Below are positions 20,582 to 32,132 of a stretch of 64,000 nt of DNA, piece by piece. The notes under the pieces were generated by a model that was not told where the DNA came from, made no database searches, and worked only from the letters and a program-made list of their open reading frames with translations. Both the position numbers and the translations under genes were made by a program. Within the stretch, counting starts at the first letter, position 1; every line of letters starts with the position of its first letter. This DNA is from Macrostomum lignano (lineage: Eukaryota): the NCBI GenBank assembly GCA_002269645.1, contig NIVC01001968.1:1-64000 (forward strand), written 5' to 3'.

Positions 20582-23500
20582 CTACTCTGATCCTTATCTC
20601 CCTTCTACTCTGATTCTTATCTCCCCTCTACTCTGATTCTTATCTCCCCTCTACTCTGATCCTTATCTCCCCTCTACTCTGATCCTTATCTCCCCTCTAC
20701 TCTGATCCTTATCTCCCCTCTACTCTGCTCCTTATCTCCCCTCTACTCTGATCCTTATCTCCCCTCAAATCTGATCCTTATCTCCCCCTAATCTGATCCT
20801 TATCTCCCCTCAAATCTGATCCTTATCTCCCCCTAATCTGATCCTTATCTCCCCTCTACTCTGATCCTTTTCTCCCCTCTACTCTGATCCTTATCTCCCC
20901 TCAAATCTGATCCTTATCTCCCCTCTACTCTGATCCTTTTCTCCCCTCTAATCTGATCCTTATCTCCCCTCTACTCTGATCCTTATCTCCCCTCTACTCT
21001 GATCCTTATCTCCCTTCTACTCTGATTCTTATCTCCCCTCTACTCTGATTCTTATCTCCCCTCTACTCTGATCCTTATCTCCCCTCTACTCTGATCCTTA
21101 TCTCCCCTCTACTCTGATCCTTATCTCCCCTCTACTCTGCTCCTTATCTCCCCTCTACTCTGATCCTTATCTCCCCTCAAATCTGATCCTTATCTCCCCT
21201 CTACTCTGATCCTTATCTCGCCTCAAATCTGATCCTTATCTCCCCTCTACTCTGATCCTTATCTCCCCTCTACTCTGATCCTTATCTCCCCTCTACTCTG
21301 ATCCTTATCTCCCCTCTACTCTGATCCTTATCTCCCCTCTACTCTGATCCTTATCTCCCCTCAAATCTGATCCTTATCTCCCCTCTACTCTGATCCTTTT
21401 CTCCCCTCTAATCTGATCCTTATCTCCCCTCTACTCTGATTCTTATCTCCCCTCTACTCTGCTCCTTATCTCCCTTCTACTCTGATTCTTATCTCCCCTC
21501 TACTCTGCTTCTTATCTCCCTTCTACTCTGATTCTTATCTCCCCTCTACTCTGATTCTTATCTCCCCTCTACTCTGATCCTTATCTCCCCTCTACTCTGA
21601 TCCTTATCTCCCCTCTACTCTGATCCTTATCTCCCCTCTACTCTGCTCCTTATCTCCCCTCTACTCTGATCCTTATCTCCCCTCAAATCTGATCCTTATC
21701 TCCCCTCTACTCTGATTCTTATCTCCCCTCTACTCTGCTCCTTATCTCCCTTCTACTCTGATTCTTATCTCCCCTCTACTCTGCTTCTTATCTCCCTTCT
21801 ACTCTGATTCTTATCTCCCCTCTACTCTGATTCTTATCTCCCCTCTAATCTGATCCTTATCTCCCCTCTACTCTGATTCTTTTCTGCCCTCTACTCTGAT
21901 CCTTATCTCCCCTCAAATCTGATCATTATCTCCCCTCTACTCTGATCCTTATCTCCCCTCAAATCTGATCCTTATCTCCCCTCTACTCTGATTCTTTTCT
22001 CCCCTCTAATCTGATACTCATCTCCCCTCTAATTTGATCCTTATCTCCCCTCTACTCTGATTCTTTTCTGCCCTCTACTCTGATCCTTATCTCCCCTCAA
22101 ATCTGATCATTATCTCCCCTCTACTCTGATCCTTATCTCCCCTCAAATCTGATCCTTATCTCCCCTCTACTCTGATTCTTTTCTCCCCTCTACTCTGATC
22201 CTTATCTCCCCTCAAATCTGATCCTTATCTCCCCTCTACTCTGATTCTTTTCTCCCCTCTAATCTGATCCTTATCTCCCCTCTAATCTGATCCTTATCTC
22301 TTCTCTACTCTGATCCTTATCTCCCCTCTACTCTGATCCTTTTCTCCCCTCTACTCTGATCCTTATCTCCCCCCCCCAATCTGATCCTTATCTCCCCCCT
22401 AATCTGATCCTTATCTCCCCTCAAATCTGATCCTTATCTCCCCCCCCCTAATCTGATCCTTATCTCCCCCCTAATCTGATCCTTATCTCCCCTCAAATCT
22501 GATCCTTATCTCCCCTCTACTCTGATCCTTATCTCCCCTCAAATCTGATCCTTATCTCCCCTCTAATCTGATCCTTATCTCCCCCTAATCTGATCCTTAT
22601 CTCCCCTCTAATCTGATCCTTATCTCCCCTCTTATCTGATCCTTATCTCCCCTCTAATCTGATCCTTATCTTCCCTTCACTCTGATTCTTATCTCCCCTC
22701 TAATCTGATCCTTATCTCCCCTCTTATCTGATCCTTATCTCCCCTCTAATCTGATCCTTATCTTCCCTTCACTCTGATTCTTATCTCCCCTCTACTCTGA
22801 TCCTTATCTCCCCCTAATCTGATCCTTATCTCCCCTCTACTCTGATCCTTTTCTCCCCTCTACTCTGATCCTTATCTCCCCTCAAATCTGATCCTTATCT
22901 CCCCTCTACTCTGATCCTTTTCTCCCCTCTAATCTGATCCTTATCTCCCCTCTACTCTGATCCTTATCTCCCCTCTACTCTGATCCTTATCTCCCTTCTA
23001 CTCTGATTCTTATCTCCCCTCTACTCTGATTCTTATCTCCCCTCTACTCTGATCCTTATCTCCCCTCTACTCTGATCCTTATCTCCCCTCTACTCTGATC
23101 CTTATCTCCCCTCTACTCTGCTCCTTATCTCCCCTCTACTCTGATCCTTATCTCCCCTCAAATCTGATCCTTATCTCCCCTCTACTCTGATCCTTATCTC
23201 GCCTCAAATCTGATCCTTATCTCCCCTCTACTCTGATCCTTATCTCCCCTCTACTCTGATCCTTATCTCCCCTCTACTCTGATCCTTATCTCCCCTCTAC
23301 TCTGATCCTTATCTCCCCTCTACTCTGATCCTTATCTCCCCTCAAATCTGATCCTTATCTCCCCTCTACTCTGATCCTTTTCTCCCCTCTAATCTGATCC
23401 TTATCTCCCCTCTACTCTGATTCTTATCTCCCCTCTACTCTGCTCCTTATCTCCCTTCTACTCTGATTCTTATCTCCGCTCTACTCTGCTTCTTATCTCC

Positions 23501-25052
23501 CTTCTACTCTGATTCTTATCTCCCCTCTACTCTGATTCTTATCTCCCCTCTACTCTGATCCTTATCTCCCCTCTACTCTGATCCTTATCTCCCCTCTACT
23601 CTGATCCTTATCTCCCTCTACTCTGCTCCTTATCTCCCCTCTACTCTGATCCTTATCTCCCCTCAAATCTGATCCTTATCTCCCCTCTACTCTGATTCTT
23701 ATCTCCCCTCTACTCTGCTCCTTATCTCCCTTCTACTCTGATTCTTATCTCCCCTCTACTCTGCTTCTTATCTCCCTTCTACTCTGATTCTTATCTCCCC
23801 TCTACTCTGATTCTTATCTCCCCCCTAATCTGATCCTTATCTCCCCTCTACTCTGATTCTTTTCTGCCCTCTACTCTGATCCTTATCTCCCCTCAAATCT
23901 GATCATTATCTCCCCTCTACTCTGATCCTTATCTCCCCTCAAATCTGATCCTTATCTCCCCTCTACTCTGATTCTTTTCTCCCCTCTAATCTGATACTCA
24001 TCTCCCCTCTAATTTGATCCTTATCTCCCCTCTACTCTGATTCTTTTCTGCCCTCTACTCTGATCCTTATCTCCCCTCAAATCTGATCATTATCTCCCCT
24101 CTACTCTGATCCTTATCTCCCCTCAAATCTGATCCTTATCTCCCCTCTACTCTGATTCTTTTCTCCCCTCTAATCAGATCCTTATCTCCCCTCTAATCTG
24201 ATCCTTATCTCCCCTCTAATCTGATCCTTATCTCCCCTCTACTCTGATCCTTATCTCCCCTCAAATCTGATCCTTATCTCCCCTCTACTCTGATTCTTTT
24301 CTCCCCTCTAATCTGATCCTTATCTCCCCTCTAATCTGATCCTTATCTCTTCTCTACTCTGATCCTTATCTCCCCTCTACTCTGATCCTTTTCTCCCCTC
24401 TACTCTGATCCTTATCTCCCCCCCCCAATCTGATCCTTATCTCCCCCCTAATCTGATCCTTATCTCCCCTCAAATCTGATCCTTATCTCCCCCCCCCTAA
24501 TCTGATCCTTATCTCCCCCCTAATCTGATCCTTATCTCCCCTCAAATCTGATCCTTATCTCCCCTCTACTCTGATCCTTATCTCCCCTCAAATCTGATCC
24601 TTATCTCCCCTCTAATCTGATCCTTATCTCCCCCTAATCTGATCCTTATCTCCCCTCTAATCTGATCCTTATCTCCCCTCTTATCTGATCCTTATCTCCC
24701 CTCTAATCTGATCCTTATCTTCCCTTCACTCTGATTCTTATCTCCCCTCTAATCTGATCCTTATCTCCCCTCTTATCTGATCCTTATCTCCCCTCTAATC
24801 TGATCCTTATCTTCCCTTCACTCTGATTCTTATCTCCCCTCTACTCTGATCCTTATCTTCCCTCTACTCTGATCCTTATCTTCCCTATACTCTGATCATT
24901 ATCTTCCCTCTACTTTGATCCTTATCTTCCCTATACTCTGATCCTTATCTTCCCTCTACTCTGATCCTTATCTTCCCTCTAATCTGATTGTTATCTCCTC
25001 TCTACTCTGATCCTTATCTCCCTCTAATCTGATTCTTATCTCTCCTCTACTC
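20582..25052. repeat. 23-bp pyrimidine-rich minisatellite (CTGATCCTTATCTCCCCTCTACT)n, about 4.5 kb
   Basis: Continuous array upstream of PLPP; diagnostic variants recur about 2 kb apart. Confidence 0.97.
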
Positions 25053-25734
25053 TACCTCATTACCTACCTTCACTCCTTTCAAATAATTCTCAGATCTAAA
25101 TGCCTCGCAGCAGTTTTAAAAAGCCACTGTTTTGTAACCAAATGCCACGGTGTGCTTTGCTGCTGCTGCTGTCCTCAATTTTCAAAACAGTTCTAGTGTT
25201 TCATCTTCGCTATTATAAAAGAGAAATGTAACACTGAGAAAAAAAAACTGAAAATAGACGCAGTGACAATTGTACGCCAGTGAAGCTATTTGAGCCCATA
25301 TGTACATTGTCTTCTTTCAAAAAAAGCGCACAATGCCCAACACCATTATCCAGCGGAGGAGCAGAAAAATGAAACAAAAAAGCATGCAAACAGAAACTTG
25401 GGAGTCGAATGCTTGAACATAAGGTGTAAACAATTTTTTGGAACTTAGTCAACTCAGGGAAATATATGGTAATATGACGATAAATTAAAAAACCCAAAAT
25501 ACTAATTGACCACAGTAAATAAAATAGTATGCTCTAATGCCCCATACGAGCATATGAGTAAGCATGAGTTTACACTCAGACTGAATAACAGACATACCAG
25601 ATAAAATGAGGACAAGCGCAACGTAAATTATAAATTAACTCTTTTTACCAGGGGTATCCAGAATTAGTTTCGACACTTTTGATACCAGAACAAAATCTGT
25701 ATATAATAAAAAGGAGTCCGTATAATGGACAATG

Positions 25735-26746
25735 TGTCCGTAGAGTGAGTGTCCATAGGGTGAGTGTCCATAGGGTGAGTGTCCCTAGGGCGTGTCCATA
25801 GGGTGAGTGTCCGTAGGGTGAGTGTCCCTGGGGCGTGTCCATAGGGTGAGTGTCCATAGGATGAGTGTCCATAGGATGAGTGTCCATAGGGTAAGTGTCC
25901 ATAGGGTGAATGTCCATAGTATGAGTCTCCATAGGGTGAGTGTCCCTAGGGCGTGTCCATAGGGTGAGTGTCCGTAGGGTGAGTGTCCCTGGGGCGTGTC
26001 CATAGGGTGAGTGTCCGTAGGATGAGTGTCCATAGGGTGAGTGTCCATAGGGTGAGTGTCCATAGGGTGAGTGTCCATAGGGTGAGTGTCCATAGGGTGA
26101 GTGTCCCTAGGGCGTGTCCATAGGGTGAGTGTCCGTAGGGTGAGTGTCCCTGGGGCGTGTCCATAGGGTGAGTGTCCATAGGATGAGTGTCCATAGGATG
26201 AGTGTCCATAGGGTAAGTGTCCATAGGGTGAATGTCCATAGGATGAGTCTCCATAGGGTGAGTGTCCCTAGGGCGTGTCCATAGGGTGAGTGTCCGTAGG
26301 GTGAGTGTCCCTGGGGCGTGTCCATAGGGTGAGTGTCCGTAGGATGAGTGTCCATAGGGTGAGTGTCCATAGGGTGAGTGTCCATAGGGTGAGTGTCCAT
26401 AGGGTGAGTGTCCATAGGGTGAGTGTCCCTAGGGCGTGTCCATAGGGTGAGTGTCCGTAGGGTGAGTGTCCCTGGGGCGTGTCCATAGGGTGAGTGTCCA
26501 TAGGATGAGTGTCCATAGGATGAGTGTCCATAGGGTAAGTGTCCATAGGGTGAGTGTCCATAGGATGAGTCTCCATAGGGTGAGTGTCCATAGTGTGAGT
26601 GTCCATAGGGTGAGTGTCCATAGGGTGAGTGTCCGTAGGGTGAGTGTCCATAGGATGAGTGTCCATAGGATGAGTGTCCATAGGGTAAGTGTCCATAGGG
26701 TGAGTGTCCGTAGGGTGAGTATCCATACGGTGTGTCCACAGGGTGA
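25735..26746. repeat. 15-bp minisatellite (GTGTCCATAGGGTGA)n with a 161-bp higher-order unit
   Basis: The artefactual MDTHP-repeat ORFs start at 25785, 25946, 26107 and 26268 (161-bp period). Confidence 0.97.
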
Positions 26747-26898
26747 TTGTCTCTTAAATTAAGAGACGGACATCAGGCATCTAATACTCAGTACAATGAG
26801 CTTCAGATAATAAGAATCTGAATTACCGATGAGCTTTAGTCAAATGAAAACAGATAAGATGATTAGCTTAATCTGCTGTATTAAACAAAATGAGTTAG

Positions 26899-28662
26899 TT
26901 AGTTAAATCCAGCCACAGATACAGCAGCAGCTTGGGCCTTTATTGCAGGGCCATTCTGGTCACGCCTGTGGTAACTGCGAGACTTCCAGTTCCCATTGGG
27001 GTAGAAGTGAAGACCGTCCTTGGGGTAGCGGCCAGACGATTGATGATGCTGAGACTTCTCGTGACGCCTCTGAGGCAAGTCATTGCTCTCCGGCCTGGGA
27101 CTGCCGTTCTGACTGGCTTCAGGCTGCAAACTCTCATGCCCGTTGCTGCTCTGTTGCGGCCCAGCTGCACTCTCGGCGTGTTCTCGGTTTGGTTGGTTGC
27201 GCTGCCGATTGGCATTGCGATTGTTCTGGCGTCGCTGCTGTTGATTGCCGCTTTGATCCTGCCGCGGCTGTAAAGAGTCGCTTTGATCCTGCCGCGGCGG
27301 TAAATGATCCTTTTGATCTCGCCGCCGACGAGAATCACTTTGCTGATCTTGCTGATGCATCTGATTAACGCTTTGATCTTGCCGCTGTAAAGAATCACTT
27401 TGATGTTGCTGATACTTTTGATTAGCGCTTTGGTCTTTCCGCCGACGAGAATCAGTTTGATCTTGCCGCCGCAGACAATCGCTTTGATCTTGCCGCCGAC
27501 GAGAATCGCTTTGATCCTGCCGCGGCTGTAAAGAGTCACTTTGATCCTGCCACGTCTGTAAAGAGTCGCTTTGATCCTGCCGCGGCGGTAAATGATCCTT
27601 TTGATCTCGCCGCCGACGAGAATCACTTTGCTGATCTTGCTTATGCATCTGATTAACGCTTTGATCTTGCCGCTGTATAGAATCACCTTGATGTTGCTGA
27701 TACTTTTGATTAGCGCTTTGGTCTTTCCGCCGACGAGAATCAGTTTGATCTTGCCGCCGCAGAAAATCGCTTTGATCTTGCCGCCGACGAGAATCACTTT
27801 GATCTTGGCGCCGCAGAGAATCGCTTTGATCTTGCCTGTGATAAGTGCTTTGCTCTTGCCGCCACTGACTGTCGCTTTGATGTTGCCGCCATTGTTGATT
27901 CGACCATTGGTTTTGCCACCATTGATAAGGTCGTTGATCTTGCCAATTTCGATAAGTACCTTGATACTGTCTGTATTGACGATTGCCTTGATCTTGCCAC
28001 CGCCTATGGTTACCACTTTGATGCTGTTGCCCGTTGCTAGAGCTTTGATCTTGCCGCACCTGTTTGGCACTTTGATTTTGTCGCCCCTGGTTAGCGCTTT
28101 GATCTTGCCGCCCCTGGTTGGCACTTTGACCTTGCCGCTCCTGGTTAGAGCTTTGATCTTGCCGCTCCTGGTTGGCACTTTGACTTTGCCGCTCCTGGTT
28201 AGAGCTTTGATCTTGCCGCTCCTGGTTAGAGCTTTGATCTTGCCGCTCGTCAGCAACTGGTAACTCTGCTGGTTCAGGGCGAACACCTTGCGCAAGGCCG
28301 ACAGGCTCAACAGCAGCTGGAGTAGCATTCGCTGAGCAGCCCTTCTTATCTTCATCAGCCACAATGGGTTCGCAGACGAAGTCTCCGCTATCAGAGTCGA
28401 ATCCCACCCGGCACTGGCGGCAGACCGGGCAGGCAACGACAAGCTGCGGTAGGCTGCGACAGTGCGGGTCGCTGGCCAGAATCTCTCGAACTTGGCGCTG
28501 GTGCTCCGACTGGCGATGCCGGACAAAATGGCGCAGACAGTCCGCGTGGAAGTAGTGGTAGCAGTCCGATACCAGCAGGCCAGCCTCGGTGTCGAATGAC
28601 TCAAGACAGATTGAGCACTGCTCATCTGGCAGATGCTGCTGAGTCAGCGAATCCTTCACCAG
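26899..28662 (-). CDS. RNF25: RNF25/AO7-like E3 ubiquitin ligase, exon 3 (RING-H2 and Q/R/D/S-rich repeat tail)
   Basis: TTCAG acceptor at 28663, phase 0. LVKDSLTQQHLPDEQCSICL...CYHYFHADCL...CPVC is a C3H2C3 RING following an RWD, the RNF25 architecture. The frame is open to TAA at 26899. Confidence 0.85.
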   Translation of the reverse strand: MVKDSLTQQHLPDEQCSICLESFDTEAGLLVSDCYHYFHADCLRHFVRHRQSEHQRQVREILASDPHCRSLPQLVVACPVCRQCRVGFDSDSGDFVCEPIVADEDKKGCSANATPAAVEPVGLAQGVRPEPAELPVADERQDQSSNQERQDQSSNQERQSQSANQERQDQSSNQERQGQSANQGRQDQSANQGRQNQSAKQVRQDQSSSNGQQHQSGNHRRWQDQGNRQYRQYQGTYRNWQDQRPYQWWQNQWSNQQWRQHQSDSQWRQEQSTYHRQDQSDSLRRQDQSDSRRRQDQSDFLRRQDQTDSRRRKDQSANQKYQQHQGDSIQRQDQSVNQMHKQDQQSDSRRRRDQKDHLPPRQDQSDSLQTWQDQSDSLQPRQDQSDSRRRQDQSDCLRRQDQTDSRRRKDQSANQKYQQHQSDSLQRQDQSVNQMHQQDQQSDSRRRRDQKDHLPPRQDQSDSLQPRQDQSGNQQQRRQNNRNANRQRNQPNREHAESAAGPQQSSNGHESLQPEASQNGSPRPESNDLPQRRHEKSQHHQSSGRYPKDGLHFYPNGNWKSRSYHRRDQNGPAIKAQAAAVSVAGFN

Positions 28663-28764
28663 CTGAAGCGGTTGGTCATGGGAAGAGGTAGTGAATAGAC
28701 AGGCAGGGTGACAGATAGACACTGAGACACTATAAGACAGACACTAATAGACACACACACTAAG

Positions 28765-29089
<325 letters not shown>

Positions 29090-29109
29090 CGATAGGCAGA
29101 CACACTCAC

Positions 29110-29356
29110 CTCAACCAGATGCATAAGCATGAAGTCGCCCCTCAGCTGCTCCGCCTCGGCCCTCACGGTGGCCAGCAGATGCTCCAGCCGCTCTTCTACC
29201 AGGCCTCGAGGGCACCGCAGATCAACATGCGGCGGTTCGTCAGGATAGCCAGGTGGGCAGGTGGCCACCAGGCTGACGCTGATGAACTGCTTGCTCTGTA
29301 CGTCGGCTGTTGCTGGGCGAATGTCCACCGTGATGATGGTGGTACCATTGGGGTTG
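29110..29356 (-). CDS. RNF25: RNF25-like exon 2 (RWD domain core)
   Basis: ITVDIRPATA...VSLVATCPPGYPDEPPHVDLRCPRGL...LMHLVE contains the RWD YPxxxP motif. CTAG acceptor at 29357, GTGAGT donor at 29109. Confidence 0.88.
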
Positions 29357-29452
29357 CTAGAGGCGAGGGTTGGACAATAGGAATAATGCACGATAGAAGC
29401 TGTGATCAATGCATACCTTTTGTCATTATCAATATCAATGGGTGAGTAGATG

Positions 29453-29590
29453 GGTAGGCAGATAAGTAGGTAAGTAGGTAGGTAGGTAGGTAGGTAGGTA
29501 GGTAGGTAGGTAGGTAGGTAGGTAGGTAGGTAGGTAGGTAGGTAGGTAGGTAGGTGGTAGGTAGTAAGTAGGTAGGTAGGTTTTAGGTAG
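29453..29590. repeat. (GGTA)n microsatellite in RNF25 intron 1
   Basis: Tetramer tandem repeat. Confidence 0.95.
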
Positions 29591-29740
29591 AAAAGCTTGA
29601 TTAATTTTTAGATAAATAAATATATATTACATGCTCATATTTAGTTGGTTAATACGAGTAGAGTATATTTTAGCTTTAAAAAATAGCAATGCTTGTTTAT
29701 AAATGAAGGGATCTTAAACTGAGAAACAGGAACCACTTAC

Positions 29741-29802
29741 CTGGCAATGTCTTTTAATTCTTTGCAATAAATTTCTTTAAGAATAATTATTTCTTCCTCC
29801 AT
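29741..29802 (-). CDS. RNF25: RNF25-like exon 1 (RWD N-terminal helix)
   Basis: MEEEIIILKEIYCKELKDIA fits the RWD start pattern E...L..IY..EL. CCAG|GTAAGT donor, phase 2, compatible with exon 2. Confidence 0.75.
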
Positions 29803-32132
29803 TTTGCAGCAATTGCATAGGAATAAGGATTCAGCAGCAATGTATACAAAGGAAGTTAATAAAGCACATCTATGTTGCTTGTAACGAACTATTAAAAAAA
29901 TATTTGCTTACTAAATGTGCTAATGATTTTATATTATTAGAAATCATACCTAAAGTGTCAGCAAAATTTTCATTTTAAATTTCATTTAGAGTTTCAACTT
30001 TTAGTATGCAAAATATTTTCTAGATTTTGTAGAAGAATTCAATTGCATTGTTGTATATAATATGCTTGTAATACTTATATTGACTTTTAAAAGTAAAAAA
30101 AACATTATAAATGCTACAAGTAATACCTAAAACTTTAGGAGATTGAATCCTAGACCTCATTATCAGCTAAAACTGATGCTCCATTGACAATTTATATGAT
30201 TGCTCACTAGTTGGACGTAATAAAGTCAAATATCCATTTTGTTTGCAAAAAATAGCTCGTAGATCTTTTCAAACTAAGTTCTTAAAAGGTTCTGATGATT
30301 CTTATCTCTAATATTATGATATAGAAAGAAAAGACTTGTCAAAGCAATTTAATGCTAGTTGATCAACAATCAAAATGGAAAGTATAGAAAGTAATATTGC
30401 TTTTTTCATAGGCCACTGAAAATTGACTTTTTAGAGCCAAATGCTAATTGTCAATTTTGACTACTACTAGGCCTATTTTGATTTACTAAAGAAACTAAGT
30501 AAGAATCTCCCAAACAAGTGAAGAACTCCAATAGAGCCAGCCAATACTCAATACAATACCAGCCAACTAAGACAGAAAGAAGAATTTATATTGAATTGAC
30601 ACAATATTTATATTTATCAATTCCAAAAATTATAATTTTTATTCTTATATTTTGCTTTTTATTTCAAGTAACTAGAATATGTAGGTCAATCCACAATTTA
30701 TCATTCCACTATGCTGCAGATTCCATATTTTACTATGTATGCTATGGCTTATAGATTCTGCATTCAACTGTATACTGTGCGGTAAGGGAAGCTTCTATAC
30801 TATCTTTTACAGACTATTCTATGATAGAATTTCTACCAATACCAATGTTGTGAAAGGGCCTATGCTTGACTGATTAAATACCACTATTAAGCTATCAATG
30901 TTGTCCAAGGGCTTTCTTCTATCTTATCAAAAAAATCCTAAAGGCAGTCACCTAGTTGTTCTAGGGGAAACATTTTACCTTCTAAAATGATTTTATTGCT
31001 AATACCAAAATTGTTACAGGGTTCATTTCTAAATAATATTTTGATGTGCTTTTGATACTATACTTTATATTGGTAGCGTATCATATAAATTTGGTAGTAT
31101 ATTATATATTACTGGCCTAAACAGTCCTATGCCACTTGTATTGTATCCCCCTATTGAAATAAAGATATAAAACCTGTAGATGTTAAGCATAGGGCCTAAA
31201 ATTGTAGCTCAAAAATGCAATATGACATAGAACATGTTAACTTTTGCATTTAATACAGGCATAGTTCTAATTAGATGATGAGGCATTTAGCCTTAATAAG
31301 ACAGTTATAGTTACTCTTGCTGTTTACCCAAAACTGCACCAAGCCTCAATATTATCTGCTTTGACTTCAGCCACAACAAGACACTGGAAAATTTCAAAAT
31401 TGTAACAAATGGTCAGATACCCTTTGTCTACAAATTCCAATTGGGCTTTATCTTATCCTATGGCTCTCTTTTATTAGGGTTTTTTCTCTTAGTCCTGGGC
31501 ATTCCCAAGATCAGAGGGTCATGGCTTACATTGTAGTAGCTTTTTTGCCCTTAGACATATTCTTAGACCTTGGTCTGGATGTTCTTAGCCTTTAGTAGAT
31601 ATTCTGCCTTTTAAGGCAATTTCTTAAATTCTAAATCTAGAGGTCTCATTCTCTAAGAATGGAGTGAGTTCTAATCTTGGGACTTAAAATGCTCCTAAAT
31701 AACAAAGATAGAAAGTAGTATTTGTGCAATACTTTTTATACTTAGCAACATTGAAATGTTGCCATCACAAAATATTCTATCTGTGGTTGCCTAGTTAGAT
31801 AAATCAAAGCCATCTCTCAGTTTTTTAATCTTTTATTTAAGAATAGTCCAAGGGAAATTGCTCCTTAGGGCATAGAGTGGCAATTTTTCAATGTTGCTAA
31901 ATAAATATATAAACTTAAAAGAAGTAAATAAGTGCACACAGAGTTGATTTTTCTTGCTAATGGTTCTTGTATCTAGTATTGGTTTTTTTAACTGCAAATT
32001 AAAGCAAAGGAGATTATAAAGTATTCATAATATTTACAATATTTTCAATTTTATGTATGATTAAACAAATTTAAATGGCAACCACAAGAAAATAATTCAT
32101 CACACATTTGTACATCAGAATTTTTGGCATAT

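Noticed and set aside
15601-26746. Long ORFs in the track inside repeats (CLMVISV, HNSQSKT, MDTHP, GHSPY units)
   Set aside because: They arise because the repeat units lack stops in some frames. They show no domain signal and lie in introns or intergenic DNA.
26940-28625. 561-aa second-frame ORF and antisense ORFs overlapping RNF25 exon 3
   Set aside because: The start is not an ATG, and the openness is explained by the 27-bp repeat. Only the 26899-28662 frame carries the RING motif.
30880-31700. Possible decayed integrase or RT coding sequence (e.g. IKPVDV near 31165)
   Set aside because: Only one short motif is visible among many stops; it cannot be supported without a translated profile search.
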